In this document: piece after piece, positions 10,038-18,614 of the stretch
Numbering within the stretch: the stretch's first letter is position 1
Layout of the letters: every line of letters starts with the position of its first letter
Position numbers and translations under genes: made by a program
Assembly (NCBI GenBank): GCA_964633715.1
Contig: CAZWHQ010000012.1
Span: forward strand, 8,062 to 72,061
Source of the DNA: an uncultured Eubacteriales bacterium
Lineage (GTDB): Bacteria; Acidobacteriota; Aminicenantia; Aminicenantales; Aminicenantaceae
DNA: 64,000 nt
Direction of reading: 5' to 3'
Notes under the pieces: model-generated
What the model saw: the letters and a program-made list of their open reading frames with translations, nothing else
What the model was told of the DNA's origin: nothing
Databases searched by the model: none

Positions 10038-10534
10038 TTTTTGAGGGAGAACAGGGAAGTGATAGTAGGGGCAACTTTGGACGACAGATAATTACAGCAG
10101 ATGATCTCGATAGACGCTTCGGTTCAGGTACAAGTTCCAAATTCTTCAAGAATGAATTTATAATTCGAATTTATCTCGATAATACTGTTCATGGTTTATA
10201 CCACTATGTAACGGCTGTTTGGGCGCAGATATATGGCTACTAGGAAGATTCATGTTGTAATGAGTCGAATTTCAAGGACTTTTCGAATTATCTAGAGACA
10301 CTATCTGTTACCAAATCCTCAAAGCAGCCACCCTTCTTCCTGAGTAGGGGAGAAGCAGCTTTTCCTTTCCTATAGCTTTAGAAGCCCGATTAAGGGGGTT
10401 TAAAACCGGACAAAAGATTTTATTCAAACCGCAGTGTATCGACAGGATTTATCCTGACTGATAATTTGCCCATCTTGGTCATTAAAACTGAACCTCTCCA
10501 TCCTGTCTCTTTTAGTTTTACTCTGTTAAGGCCG

Positions 10535-10933
10535 TTATCTCAGCCAATTTTCCAGACGCAAATAATCGATGCGCTTAAACTCTTTTGTGTTATTAGTAAC
10601 AAAAATCAAGTTATAGGCTGTAGCTTGAGAGGCAAGTAATAAATCCATTGGTCCTATAGGAGTACCTTTCAATTCTAATTCTTCTCTAATTCTTCCATAG
10701 GAAGCTGCCTTTTGGTCGAAATCCAACAGGTTGAATGGTATAAGAAATTCAAGGATAGCGATTCTGTTTTGATGCGGATTTTGACTTCGTTCTGCTCCAT
10801 AATTGAGTTCAGCTATGGTAATTGACGAAATCGATATTTCATTTGGATGCTTTGAGCGAATATTTTCAAGGACTGCAGCAGGACGTTTATTGATTATGTA
10901 AATACAAATGTTTGTATCTAATAAGTATTTCAT
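10535..10933 (-). CDS. vapC: PIN-domain toxin VapC
   Basis: MKYLLDTNICIYIIN...D...E...D acidic PIN residues. It overlaps the upstream antitoxin by 4 nt (ATGA). Confidence 0.85.
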   Translation of the reverse strand: MKYLLDTNICIYIINKRPAAVLENIRSKHPNEISISSITIAELNYGAERSQNPHQNRIAILEFLIPFNLLDFDQKAASYGRIREELELKGTPIGPMDLLLASQATAYNLIFVTNNTKEFKRIDYLRLENWLR

Positions 10934-11166
10934 TGAATAGGTTCACGCTTTTCAAATGTCCCTTGATCCCTATTAAAATCAAAAAAATCGTTAGAGAATT
11001 TATTAAGGCTATCGAAAAGTGGCTGCCAAGGATCTTTATCCTTAGGAATGAGTATGACAACTCCATTGATTTTCTTAATATAGACTTCTTTTCCTGAAAG
11101 AGAATATTCTTTTGGAAGCCTTACGGCTTGGCTGCGACCGTTTAAGAATAATTTCGCTGTATCCAT
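10930..11166 (-). CDS. vapB: AbrB/SpoVT-type antitoxin VapB
   Basis: The internal ATG at 11166 gives MDTAKLFLNGRSQAVRLPKEYSL... (swapped-hairpin fold). A strong RBS GGGAGGT lies upstream. The longer listed ORF is an overextension. Confidence 0.8.
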   Translation of the reverse strand: MDTAKLFLNGRSQAVRLPKEYSLSGKEVYIKKINGVVILIPKDKDPWQPLFDSLNKFSNDFFDFNRDQGTFEKREPIQ

Positions 11167-11313
11167 TATATTACCTCCCTTGGTATATACCATAATATAT
11201 ACCACTTCTAAAAGATTCTCAAGCCCCGACGTACTAAATAGACGTAATTTTAATAGATAATTTCTCAATGAAAATTAGGCATATTAAGTTTTAATTATCT
11301 TTGGAAAATATGG

Positions 11314-11346
11314 ATATATCGCGAAATAATTAATTTCGCGATATAT
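11314..11346 (-). terminator. Perfect 14-bp stem / 5-nt loop hairpin immediately after the kinase-1 stop; likely intrinsic terminator
   Basis: ATATATCGCGAAAT-AATTA-ATTTCGCGATATAT, followed on the transcript strand by a U-rich stretch. Confidence 0.5.
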
Positions 11347-11349
11347 TGT

Positions 11350-14300
11350 TCATGGAACCTTCAATCCAGTCAGTCTCTTCTTCGCATCTTCAACATCGAG
11401 ACTACCAGGATCAGCATCTTTCCAGAGATCAAGGAATTTTTCGTAGTGTTCAATAGCTTTATCTATAAATCCTTTTTTCTCATACAATTTTGCTAATCTG
11501 AAGTGGTATTTTGGGTGAATAAGATATCGCTCTTCTGTATTTGGATCAAATGTAACTAACCGCTCATATTCCACAATGGCTTTTTCTATTTCTCCATTTT
11601 TCTGATACGCCCTAGCCAGGACATCCTTTATGAAGGGCACATTATGGGAGAGGATAAATTGTATTTGAGGAGGTCTTCCCAATTGCGATGCTTTCTCTAA
11701 AATGGCAACCGCTTGGTCAATCGAGCCTTCGGCAAGCAGTATCTCTCCTTGGAGTATGTCATAAGAGAATTTTGCCCTATTTTCATTTGAAGGATCTATT
11801 TCAGGTAGGAGCGACTTCATTTTGGCCAGTCTTGACTTTGCGGAATCGATTCGCCCTTGTTTCAAGTCTATTAATCCGAGATCGAAAGAGTAAAATGCTG
11901 TATTTCCTGGTTCAAATTGAGGCTCATATTCTAAGAAATAATCGAACCATTTTTTAAAGCTTTTCTGGCTAAGTTCAAGCTCGTCCAGTTCATAATAGAC
12001 AGATCCTTTCAGATTTTCAATCAGGGCAACAAACATCTCATTTCTGACCTCTTTGGCTAGGTCCAAAGCCATCTGAAATTCTAGAAGGGACTGTTTTAAG
12101 TTGCCAAGCCAGAAATGATAGAATCCTTTATATAAATATCCAAAGCTCTTTATCCAAGGAATTTGAAAAAAATTAATCTGCAGATCGAGCCATTTCATTG
12201 CTTCAGGATAATTCTCCTTTAATGCATAGATGTATCCGATGCTTAAGCGGGTTATGGGAAAATCCGGTTTAATTTCTAACGCCTCTTTATATTTCACAAT
12301 CGCCTCATCAAGCTTTCCCATCCTCAGATATACTTCGCCCAGGGAATCTATGGGATTGGCATTCCCAGGAGAGACAGTTACATACTTCTTAAAATATTCA
12401 ACTGCTGCCTCAAAATCGCCAATATTTGAATACGTGTAGGCAAGACTATTCATGGCCTCTCCATAGTTTGGATCAAGCTCCAGTGCCGACTGGAACACTT
12501 CTATGGCTTGGTTGAACATATTTAAGTCTTGATAAAATTTACCTAATTCGTAGTGAGCTCTCTTTTCTCCTGGGTATTTTGTCGCTATTTCTTTGAGAAA
12601 CTGAAGCTGCTTTTGTGGATTTTTCTCTACGTCTAATGCATACGATGCTTCGATATAAAGCCGTTCTTTATCGGAGGCATTCTCCGAATAAATTTTTGCC
12701 TTCTCTAAGGCTTCCTCATTCGATCTGGGGTCCGATATACTTCTATATACCTGTGCAAGGTAATAGTATGCCATAGCAAATGTAGAATCGTATTCTATGG
12801 CCTTCTCGAGGAATTGAACGGCCTCATTAAAATAGTATTCTTCAAATGCCTCTCTTCCTTTTAAAAAGTAGTTGTACGCTTCCATTGAAGACGAAGTCAA
12901 TCCGGAAATCTGTGTTTTTACTTCACCCATCTTCTGGCTAGAGCTTCCAATATTTTGGATGATTTTATTGCTGAGTTCATCGATTTGCGTTTTTAGAATG
13001 CTGTCAATGCCCTCGCCTCTTGAACTGGAACTCATCAAAAGGTTCTTTGTCTCCACATCTAATACCTTCACATCTGTGACAAACACATTACCGGCTTTGG
13101 TGTAGCTGCCCAGAACAATCGCAGCTATGCCATCTCTTTGACACAGTTCAAATCCGGAATCACTGTTTATAATCTCGACATCTTCTTTTCCTATTTGCTT
13201 AAGGAGATCTCGCATGCGCTCCCATGTTGTTACATGAAAATTCCCTGTCTGTTCAAGACTGGTTATCAGGAGATTGGGGATCGCTTTTTGTAAATAATCG
13301 TAGGTCTGGTCTCCGGTCTGATTTTCAAAGCTGATAACTGCGATGGAATTTTCAATTATTGGAGCAACTACAATTTTCTTTTTTGGAAGAAGCTTCAGCG
13401 TTAAAACGATGACAATAATGGAAGCAAGGACAATCAGGAAAGGAATTAGAGTTTTTTTCAGGCCAAAGGTCACAGTAATCTCTTTTGATGTTAGAGGCTT
13501 CTTATGCGGGATGGTTCTTCCGGTTGTTGGCAAGCCTTCCTCTATGCTTTTTATATCTTGAAGAACTTCATCTGCACTTTGAAATCTATTCTCTTTTGCT
13601 TTCTCCAAGCACTTTAGAATTACACGGCTGAAATCCTTTGGAATCTGAGGATTGAGTTCAATGGGATCTTTGGGCAGTTCTCCTTTGTGTTTCATGGCAA
13701 TGCTGAGTGGAGTATCTCCGTGGAAAGGAAGCTGCCCCGTCACCATCTCATACAGGATAACTCCCAATGAGTAGATATCAGAGCGAAAATCCACATCTTT
13801 GCCTTCGGCTTGTTCGGGACTCATATATTCAGGAGTTCCGATCATAATCCCGGATCCGGTGATACCTTTGCCTTTTACAGATCGAGCAATCCCGAAGTCC
13901 ATAATCCGGGCACTTCCATTATCATCGATCATGATGTTGTTCGGCTTGAGGTCTCGATGAACAATCCCAATTTTGTGAGCCTCAGATAAGCCCTTACATA
14001 TTTGTTTTCCTATCGAAAGAGCCCTGGACGTGCTCAGCGGTGCAGCCCTTCTGATGAAATTCTTCAAATCTCCACCGGAAACATATTCCATAGTAATATA
14101 ATATGTGTCTTTTTCCCTGTTCAGATCATACATCCGGCAGACATTTTTGTGGGAAATATCACGGGCTGTTTTAAGTTCATTTCTGAAACGCTCAATAGTA
14201 TTCTTATCCACTGCAATCTCAGGTAAAATAAGCTTAAGGGCAACTTTGGTGTTGATTTCTTTATCGAGCACTTTGTAGACTTTGCCCATTCCTCCTTTAC

Positions 14301-14475
14301 CCAATTCCTCAATAATCTGGTACCGTCCGGCAAAAGTAGAGCCTGTCGTGAGTTCTTGTTTGGGTGTTTCTAAAGTGACAGCATCTTTAAGATCAGGGAA
14401 GGGAGTCGCACACTTATTGCAGAATTTTGACTCGTTTGGATTTTCTGTTTGACACTTCGGGCATTCTATAGTCAT
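11350..14475 (-). CDS. Zinc-ribbon / Ser-Thr protein kinase / single TM / extracytoplasmic domain with C-terminal TPR repeats (kinase 1)
   Basis: N-terminal CPKCQTENP...CNKCATPF. Kinase motifs are GKGGMGKVYKV, HRDLKPNNIMID, DFGIAR and GTPEYMSPEQ. One TM (LIPFLIVLASIIVIVL). About 600 aa of TPR-rich sensor region. Confidence 0.9.
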   Translation of the reverse strand: MTIECPKCQTENPNESKFCNKCATPFPDLKDAVTLETPKQELTTGSTFAGRYQIIEELGKGGMGKVYKVLDKEINTKVALKLILPEIAVDKNTIERFRNELKTARDISHKNVCRMYDLNREKDTYYITMEYVSGGDLKNFIRRAAPLSTSRALSIGKQICKGLSEAHKIGIVHRDLKPNNIMIDDNGSARIMDFGIARSVKGKGITGSGIMIGTPEYMSPEQAEGKDVDFRSDIYSLGVILYEMVTGQLPFHGDTPLSIAMKHKGELPKDPIELNPQIPKDFSRVILKCLEKAKENRFQSADEVLQDIKSIEEGLPTTGRTIPHKKPLTSKEITVTFGLKKTLIPFLIVLASIIVIVLTLKLLPKKKIVVAPIIENSIAVISFENQTGDQTYDYLQKAIPNLLITSLEQTGNFHVTTWERMRDLLKQIGKEDVEIINSDSGFELCQRDGIAAIVLGSYTKAGNVFVTDVKVLDVETKNLLMSSSSRGEGIDSILKTQIDELSNKIIQNIGSSSQKMGEVKTQISGLTSSSMEAYNYFLKGREAFEEYYFNEAVQFLEKAIEYDSTFAMAYYYLAQVYRSISDPRSNEEALEKAKIYSENASDKERLYIEASYALDVEKNPQKQLQFLKEIATKYPGEKRAHYELGKFYQDLNMFNQAIEVFQSALELDPNYGEAMNSLAYTYSNIGDFEAAVEYFKKYVTVSPGNANPIDSLGEVYLRMGKLDEAIVKYKEALEIKPDFPITRLSIGYIYALKENYPEAMKWLDLQINFFQIPWIKSFGYLYKGFYHFWLGNLKQSLLEFQMALDLAKEVRNEMFVALIENLKGSVYYELDELELSQKSFKKWFDYFLEYEPQFEPGNTAFYSFDLGLIDLKQGRIDSAKSRLAKMKSLLPEIDPSNENRAKFSYDILQGEILLAEGSIDQAVAILEKASQLGRPPQIQFILSHNVPFIKDVLARAYQKNGEIEKAIVEYERLVTFDPNTEERYLIHPKYHFRLAKLYEKKGFIDKAIEHYEKFLDLWKDADPGSLDVEDAKKRLTGLKVP

Positions 14476-14499
14476 TTTCCCTCACAAGAATGTTTTTAT

Positions 14500-14529
14500 A
14501 AGGATATAAATTATGGAGGAAGGTGTCAA
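14500..14529 (-). promoter_or_regulatory. Conserved promoter element of the kinase paralogs (TTGACACC-N-AATTTATATCCTT)
   Basis: On the coding strand it reads TTGACACCTTCCTCCATAATTTATATCCTT, about 25 nt upstream of the ATG. Near-identical elements occur at 21378-21408 and 25244-25272. Confidence 0.55.
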
Positions 14530-14701
14530 TAATGTCTGAGTAGGGGAGAAGGGGTAAAATAAGGCAATTCTACCGAGATGGATTTGAAAAGGAATAGAAA
14601 TTGAGAAATATCTGTAGGGCAAAACGTCTTAAAAACTAGGAAAGATTAAAAAAGCAACTATATTTCAGTTGCATTTCTTTTTCAAAAATAATATATTCAT
14701 T

Positions 14702-14962
14702 ATGACAAAGCAAGATAAGTTACTAAACAGATTTTTATCGAAACCAAAAAATTTTACTTATAATGAAATGATAAAACTTCTAAAAGGATTCGGTTATCAG
14801 GAAGTAAGATCCGGAAAGACTTCTGGATCCCGTGTCGCCTTTATAAGCACAACTAAACACCATATAATTCGCCTACACAAACCTCATCCCAAAAATATAC
14901 TAAAGAAATATCAACTCGATTTAATAGAAGAAGAGTTGAAAAACCAGGACATTCTAAAATGA
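14702..14962 (+). CDS. hicA: HicA-family mRNA interferase toxin
   Basis: EMIKLLKGFGYQEVRSGKTSGSRVAF...HKPHP matches the HicA fold signature. The start is taken at ATG 14702 (the listed ORF begins at TTG 14669). It overlaps hicB by 4 nt. Confidence 0.7.
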   Translation: MTKQDKLLNRFLSKPKNFTYNEMIKLLKGFGYQEVRSGKTSGSRVAFISTTKHHIIRLHKPHPKNILKKYQLDLIEEELKNQDILK

Positions 14963-15312
14963 AAGATATTCTTAAACATGACGGTTTCATCGGATCTCTT
15001 CATTTCAGTGCAGCCGATGACTGTTTTTTTGGCAAGATTGAAGGAATTGATGACCTGATCACTTTTGAAGGGCAGGACGTCGATGGGCTTAAAAAGGCTT
15101 TTCTGGAAGCGATAGAAGACTACAAAGCACTTTGTATTCAAGCAAATAAACTTATGCATAAATCGTACAAAGGAAGTTTTAATGTTCGGATTGATCCTGA
15201 ATTGCATAAAAAAGCAGTTCAGAAATCTTTGATGATGGGGATATCATTGAACCAACTTGTTCAAAAAGCTATTGAGGAAGAGGTTAAGAATCAGTCCGTT
15301 GACACACTTTGA
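14959..15312 (+). CDS. hicB: HicB-family antitoxin with C-terminal RHH-like DNA-binding tail
   Basis: The size, the ATGA overlap with hicA, and the HicB-like N-domain (HDGFIGSLHFSAADDCFFGKIEGIDDLITFEG) support it. Confidence 0.7.
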   Translation: MKDILKHDGFIGSLHFSAADDCFFGKIEGIDDLITFEGQDVDGLKKAFLEAIEDYKALCIQANKLMHKSYKGSFNVRIDPELHKKAVQKSLMMGISLNQLVQKAIEEEVKNQSVDTL

Positions 15313-15364
15313 AGAGAAAACCTATGGGAAAGGAATATGATCGAAAACTAAACAAAAAGAGAAA

Positions 15365-15673
15365 ATGATGAGAGATATCTATGATGAAGTCAAAGATTTT
15401 TTCCGTGATAATCCTGATGTCGTTATATCTGAAGGGAAAAGTGCACAAGGACTCAAACATAATAACAAGATGTTTGTCATGTTTTATAAGGGAGATTTAA
15501 CGATTAAAGTCAAACCTGAAACGGCTGTAAAGCTCATTGATCAAGGAAAAGGATTTCCTTTTGATCCTGGAACAGGCGTACCAATGAAAGACAGAATCCT
15601 TATCCCTGCTTCCCTGAAAGGGAATTGGATTTCTCTATGTGAATTATCTCTGGAAGAAGTAAAAAGTAAATAA
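15365..15673 (+). CDS. TfoX N-terminal domain-like small protein
   Basis: KMFVMFYKGDLTIKVKPETAVKLIDQGKGFPFDPGTGVPMKDRILIP matches the TfoX_N pattern (MFGG..DG.mFAlv...LylK...pF). Confidence 0.45.
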   Translation: MMRDIYDEVKDFFRDNPDVVISEGKSAQGLKHNNKMFVMFYKGDLTIKVKPETAVKLIDQGKGFPFDPGTGVPMKDRILIPASLKGNWISLCELSLEEVKSK

Positions 15674-15720
15674 GAAATTCATCCACTCCATGATGAAACA
15701 CAACAGCTTTGAAATAACAC

Positions 15721-16935
15721 TTACACTATTAATCTCGGCATCAGCGGATTCAGCCATATCATCACTTTATAACTGGTAATTTCGGTCCATTCGGCTATGT
15801 CAACGGCAGTAATCTCCTCTTTTCCCTGAGTCCCCAGCAGGACAACTTCGTCTCCCATGGATACTCTGGAATCCGGTTTCAGCAGGACTTCCATATGGTT
15901 GGCAGACATATAAGCGACCACCGGACAGCGTTCACCATTGATCAGGACAAAGGTATTTCCCTGGGCGTTATAAGGGTACCCGTTGGAGTAACCAACCGGG
16001 ATAACGGCAATTTTCTCTTTAGTTTTGGCCACATAGGATTTGTTATACGAAACCTGATCTCCCGGGCGCAGGTTTCTGACCACCGCCACGCGGCTTTTAA
16101 GCTGTAAAACAGGCTTCAGTATTATTTCCTTAAATTTTTCCCTAACTTCCCGGGAAGGGTAATATCCGAATAAAAGCAGCCCGGGCCGGACCATATCCAG
16201 GTAAGACGACCTTTGAGAAAAGATTCCGGTAGAGCTCACGGCATGCTTTATTTCCAAAGAGATTCCCTCACTTTCCGCCTGCTGACAGAGGATTTGAAAG
16301 CGTTTGATCTGTACTTTATCCAACTCATCATCTTCACTCATTGCAGTGGAAATCCCTTTTATCCGAAGGCCTTTCCACCCAGCGACTTTCTTGATATAAG
16401 GCATAGCCTCGTAATAGGGGATTCCCATCCTGGCCATTCCCGTATCCACATGAATATGGACATCTGACCTTTTCCCTATCTTGAGTGCCGCGGCGTTCAG
16501 TTCCTGAGCCTTTCCGGTAAATATAGATTGAGATATGTTTTTCTTAATGAGAATCTCTGCAGCGTCCTCATGAAGCGGTCCGAAATTGTGAACAGGACAG
16601 GAAACACCTGCCTCTCTCAATTGGAGTGCTTCGGGGAGACTGACGACCATAAGAGCATCGACTTTTTGTTGATCCAAATAGCGGCCGACTTCCACCAGAC
16701 CATGGCCGTAGCCATTGCATTTAATAACACCCATGATGGGAACCTTGACGAATTTTCTTAACTGTTCCAGATTCCATCCCATATTCTCCAGCTTCAATTC
16801 GATCCAGACGTCATCATAAGAACTGTTCTGGTCTTTGCTTCCTAAAAGTGGTTTATCAAAGTCCATTCCGCCGGTCAGGTATGCAGCAGAGCTCACGCCG
16901 GCGAATGACAGGAAATCCCTTCTGTTTATTTTCAT
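15721..16935 (-). CDS. alr: Alanine racemase family (PLP) with twin-arginine (Tat) signal peptide; putative periplasmic broad-spectrum amino-acid racemase
   Basis: Start at ATG 16935 with a perfect GGAGG RBS. MKINRRDFLSFAGVSSAAYL is a Tat motif. VIKCNGYGHG contains the PLP-lysine motif. There is a C-terminal beta-domain. Confidence 0.8.
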   Translation of the reverse strand: MKINRRDFLSFAGVSSAAYLTGGMDFDKPLLGSKDQNSSYDDVWIELKLENMGWNLEQLRKFVKVPIMGVIKCNGYGHGLVEVGRYLDQQKVDALMVVSLPEALQLREAGVSCPVHNFGPLHEDAAEILIKKNISQSIFTGKAQELNAAALKIGKRSDVHIHVDTGMARMGIPYYEAMPYIKKVAGWKGLRIKGISTAMSEDDELDKVQIKRFQILCQQAESEGISLEIKHAVSSTGIFSQRSSYLDMVRPGLLLFGYYPSREVREKFKEIILKPVLQLKSRVAVVRNLRPGDQVSYNKSYVAKTKEKIAVIPVGYSNGYPYNAQGNTFVLINGERCPVVAYMSANHMEVLLKPDSRVSMGDEVVLLGTQGKEEITAVDIAEWTEITSYKVMIWLNPLMPRLIV

Positions 16936-16990
16936 TTTCCCTCCTCTACAAAAATAGACAAGCAGACCTATTAGACACAATCATACAATC

Positions 16991-17245
16991 TTGTACAACC
17001 GATTATCTCTGCTTATAAAGGACTTCATGAAATTGGTTTTTTTTGCCAACATCATTGCCATCCCTATTGCATATTTTTTTATGAACAGGCTAATCCATTT
17101 TATTTACACTTATCCCATAACGATTGGGGCCGAAGTTTTTATTGTTTGTGCTGTCCTTTCATTGCTGGTGGCCTTCATAACTGTTTCGTCTCAGACCATA
17201 AAATCGGCTTTATTGAATCCAGCAGACAGCTTGAGATACGAGTGA
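16991..17245 (+). pseudogene. Orphan C-terminal fragment of an FtsX/MacB-type ABC permease
   Basis: It ends ...LLNPADSLRYE, the canonical FtsX permease C-terminus. Only about 84 aa remain. It is a paralog of the fragment at 52058..52309. Confidence 0.6.
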
Positions 17246-17601
17246 AGCACTCATCAGAGGATCTCTGCTAAGAAACTAAAGATAAGGACTATAAATCTTA
17301 TTATTATCGGGACAGCAGGCTGGAACTGATGGGGATCTAACCCACGACCCCTTGGCTGCCAGTCATGCTTTCAGTATAGACCTTTCCCTTGTGTAACAAT
17401 ATCCTATGTCAATAACAAATTTACTAACGGTGCCCTCTGATAAGGTGTTTTGTTCTTCAGCGGTAGTTTGTAAGTTTTCTTTCCCTTACGAAGGACGCCA
17501 ATCCCAGCCTCGCTGAAGTTGAAGATACAAAGAAAAGGCGGTGGGATTGAAGGAATAATTCACTTTCCTGAAAAAATCTGAAAAATATCTTTTCCGGATC
17601 G

Positions 17602-18048
17602 TCAAATCTTCTCGAGTTTTTCGATATCGGCAAGGTCCTGTTTTCTTCCTGAAATGCGCTTGCAGTGTATCAGGTCCTGTTTTGATATAAAGAAGACAGA
17701 GATATCCCCATACTGCCCGGAAACGCGGTTTGGCCAGAAATTATTGAAATCCGTTCCCTTAATAGAGGTCAAAATGTCGATCCTCACTGGATCCATGCCC
17801 AATTGGATAATTTGGCCGGGTTCCATAAAATCTTTATCAGTCAGTTTGAGATCTTCAAAGCCAAAATCTTTGATGGCATCCAAAATATTCTTGGCATTTT
17901 TCTGGGTTTGCTCGATGAGGATATCGATATCTTTGGTATAGCGCGGCTCAGCGTAAAAACTGTAGGCAAATCCTCCGATTATTAAGTAGTGGACGTCATG
18001 CCTGTTTAATAACGCGATAAATTCTTTGAAATCCTTTTCGACTCTCAT
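17602..18048 (-). CDS. Nucleotidyltransferase-fold protein (DUF6036-like)
   Basis: LIIGGFAYSFYAEPRYTKDIDILI matches the hG[GS]x9-13DhD nucleotidyltransferase motif. Confidence 0.6.
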   Translation of the reverse strand: MRVEKDFKEFIALLNRHDVHYLIIGGFAYSFYAEPRYTKDIDILIEQTQKNAKNILDAIKDFGFEDLKLTDKDFMEPGQIIQLGMDPVRIDILTSIKGTDFNNFWPNRVSGQYGDISVFFISKQDLIHCKRISGRKQDLADIEKLEKI

Positions 18049-18181
18049 TTTTCAATTCATAATACATATCTCTCAGCTGTTGAAGCGCATCCAGCTTTTC
18101 TTCGGAAGTTTTGGACTTCCAGAAAGCTATGTCTTTTTTTTCGGCCTCTGCAAAAGATAATTTCCTCAGATTCTTTTCCAT
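17996..18181 (-). CDS. Small helical protein upstream of and overlapping the nucleotidyltransferase gene; possible antitoxin-like partner
   Basis: 61 aa, charged and helical (…EEKLDALQQLRDMYYELKN…). Same strand, 53-nt overlap with the NTase ORF. Confidence 0.35.
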   Translation of the reverse strand: MEKNLRKLSFAEAEKKDIAFWKSKTSEEKLDALQQLRDMYYELKNESRKGFQRIYRVIKQA

Positions 18182-18413
18182 ATTGTTATTCTACCAGAGC
18201 TCTTCATAATTCTCTATAATTCTTTATTCTCATTTCTTTATTCACATTGAAACTCCAATCCTAAATCTATAATGCCATTTCTGTGGGCGGCTAGATTTAT
18301 AAGAATTATTTATAAGAATTTCCTTTTTGTCTTTGCTCCGAATTCCTCATAAATTTCCTCAAAATCTACCCGCTGACAACTGAAATTAGAATTATCATAT
18401 CAAAACGGTAAGG

Positions 18414-18614
18414 TCAATGGCTCATAAAGCCAAACAACTTCCCCCTATGAGCATTGGCATAGAGTCCTGAGTTACGAATCATGACCTGGCCTTTATCGGG
18501 AATATGGGAGGTGACTCTGGCGATAAACTCCAGATAATCGATATGCTCTGAATCTGTGCTGTGCTTTCCGTATTGATAGATTACCTGCCCTTGGGCCTCA
18601 TCAAAGGAAAGCCG
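18414..18614 (-). mobile_element. Remnant 3' end of an IS91-family (HUH/Y2 rolling-circle) transposase gene
   Basis: EHIDYLEFIARVTSHIPDKGQVMIRNSGLYANAHRGK aligns with the IS91 TnpA C-terminus (…LEfIgR…P.…H.vRyyGlLAnahR). The upstream half of the listed ORF is an alternate frame of the TolB tail. Confidence 0.5.

Noticed and set aside
17246-17600. Possible tRNA, tmRNA or riboswitch in the 350-bp non-coding gap
   Set aside because: I found no T-arm consensus (GTTCRANYC) or acceptor-stem pairing on either strand, only a long-loop inverted repeat. It is left as unexplained non-coding DNA.
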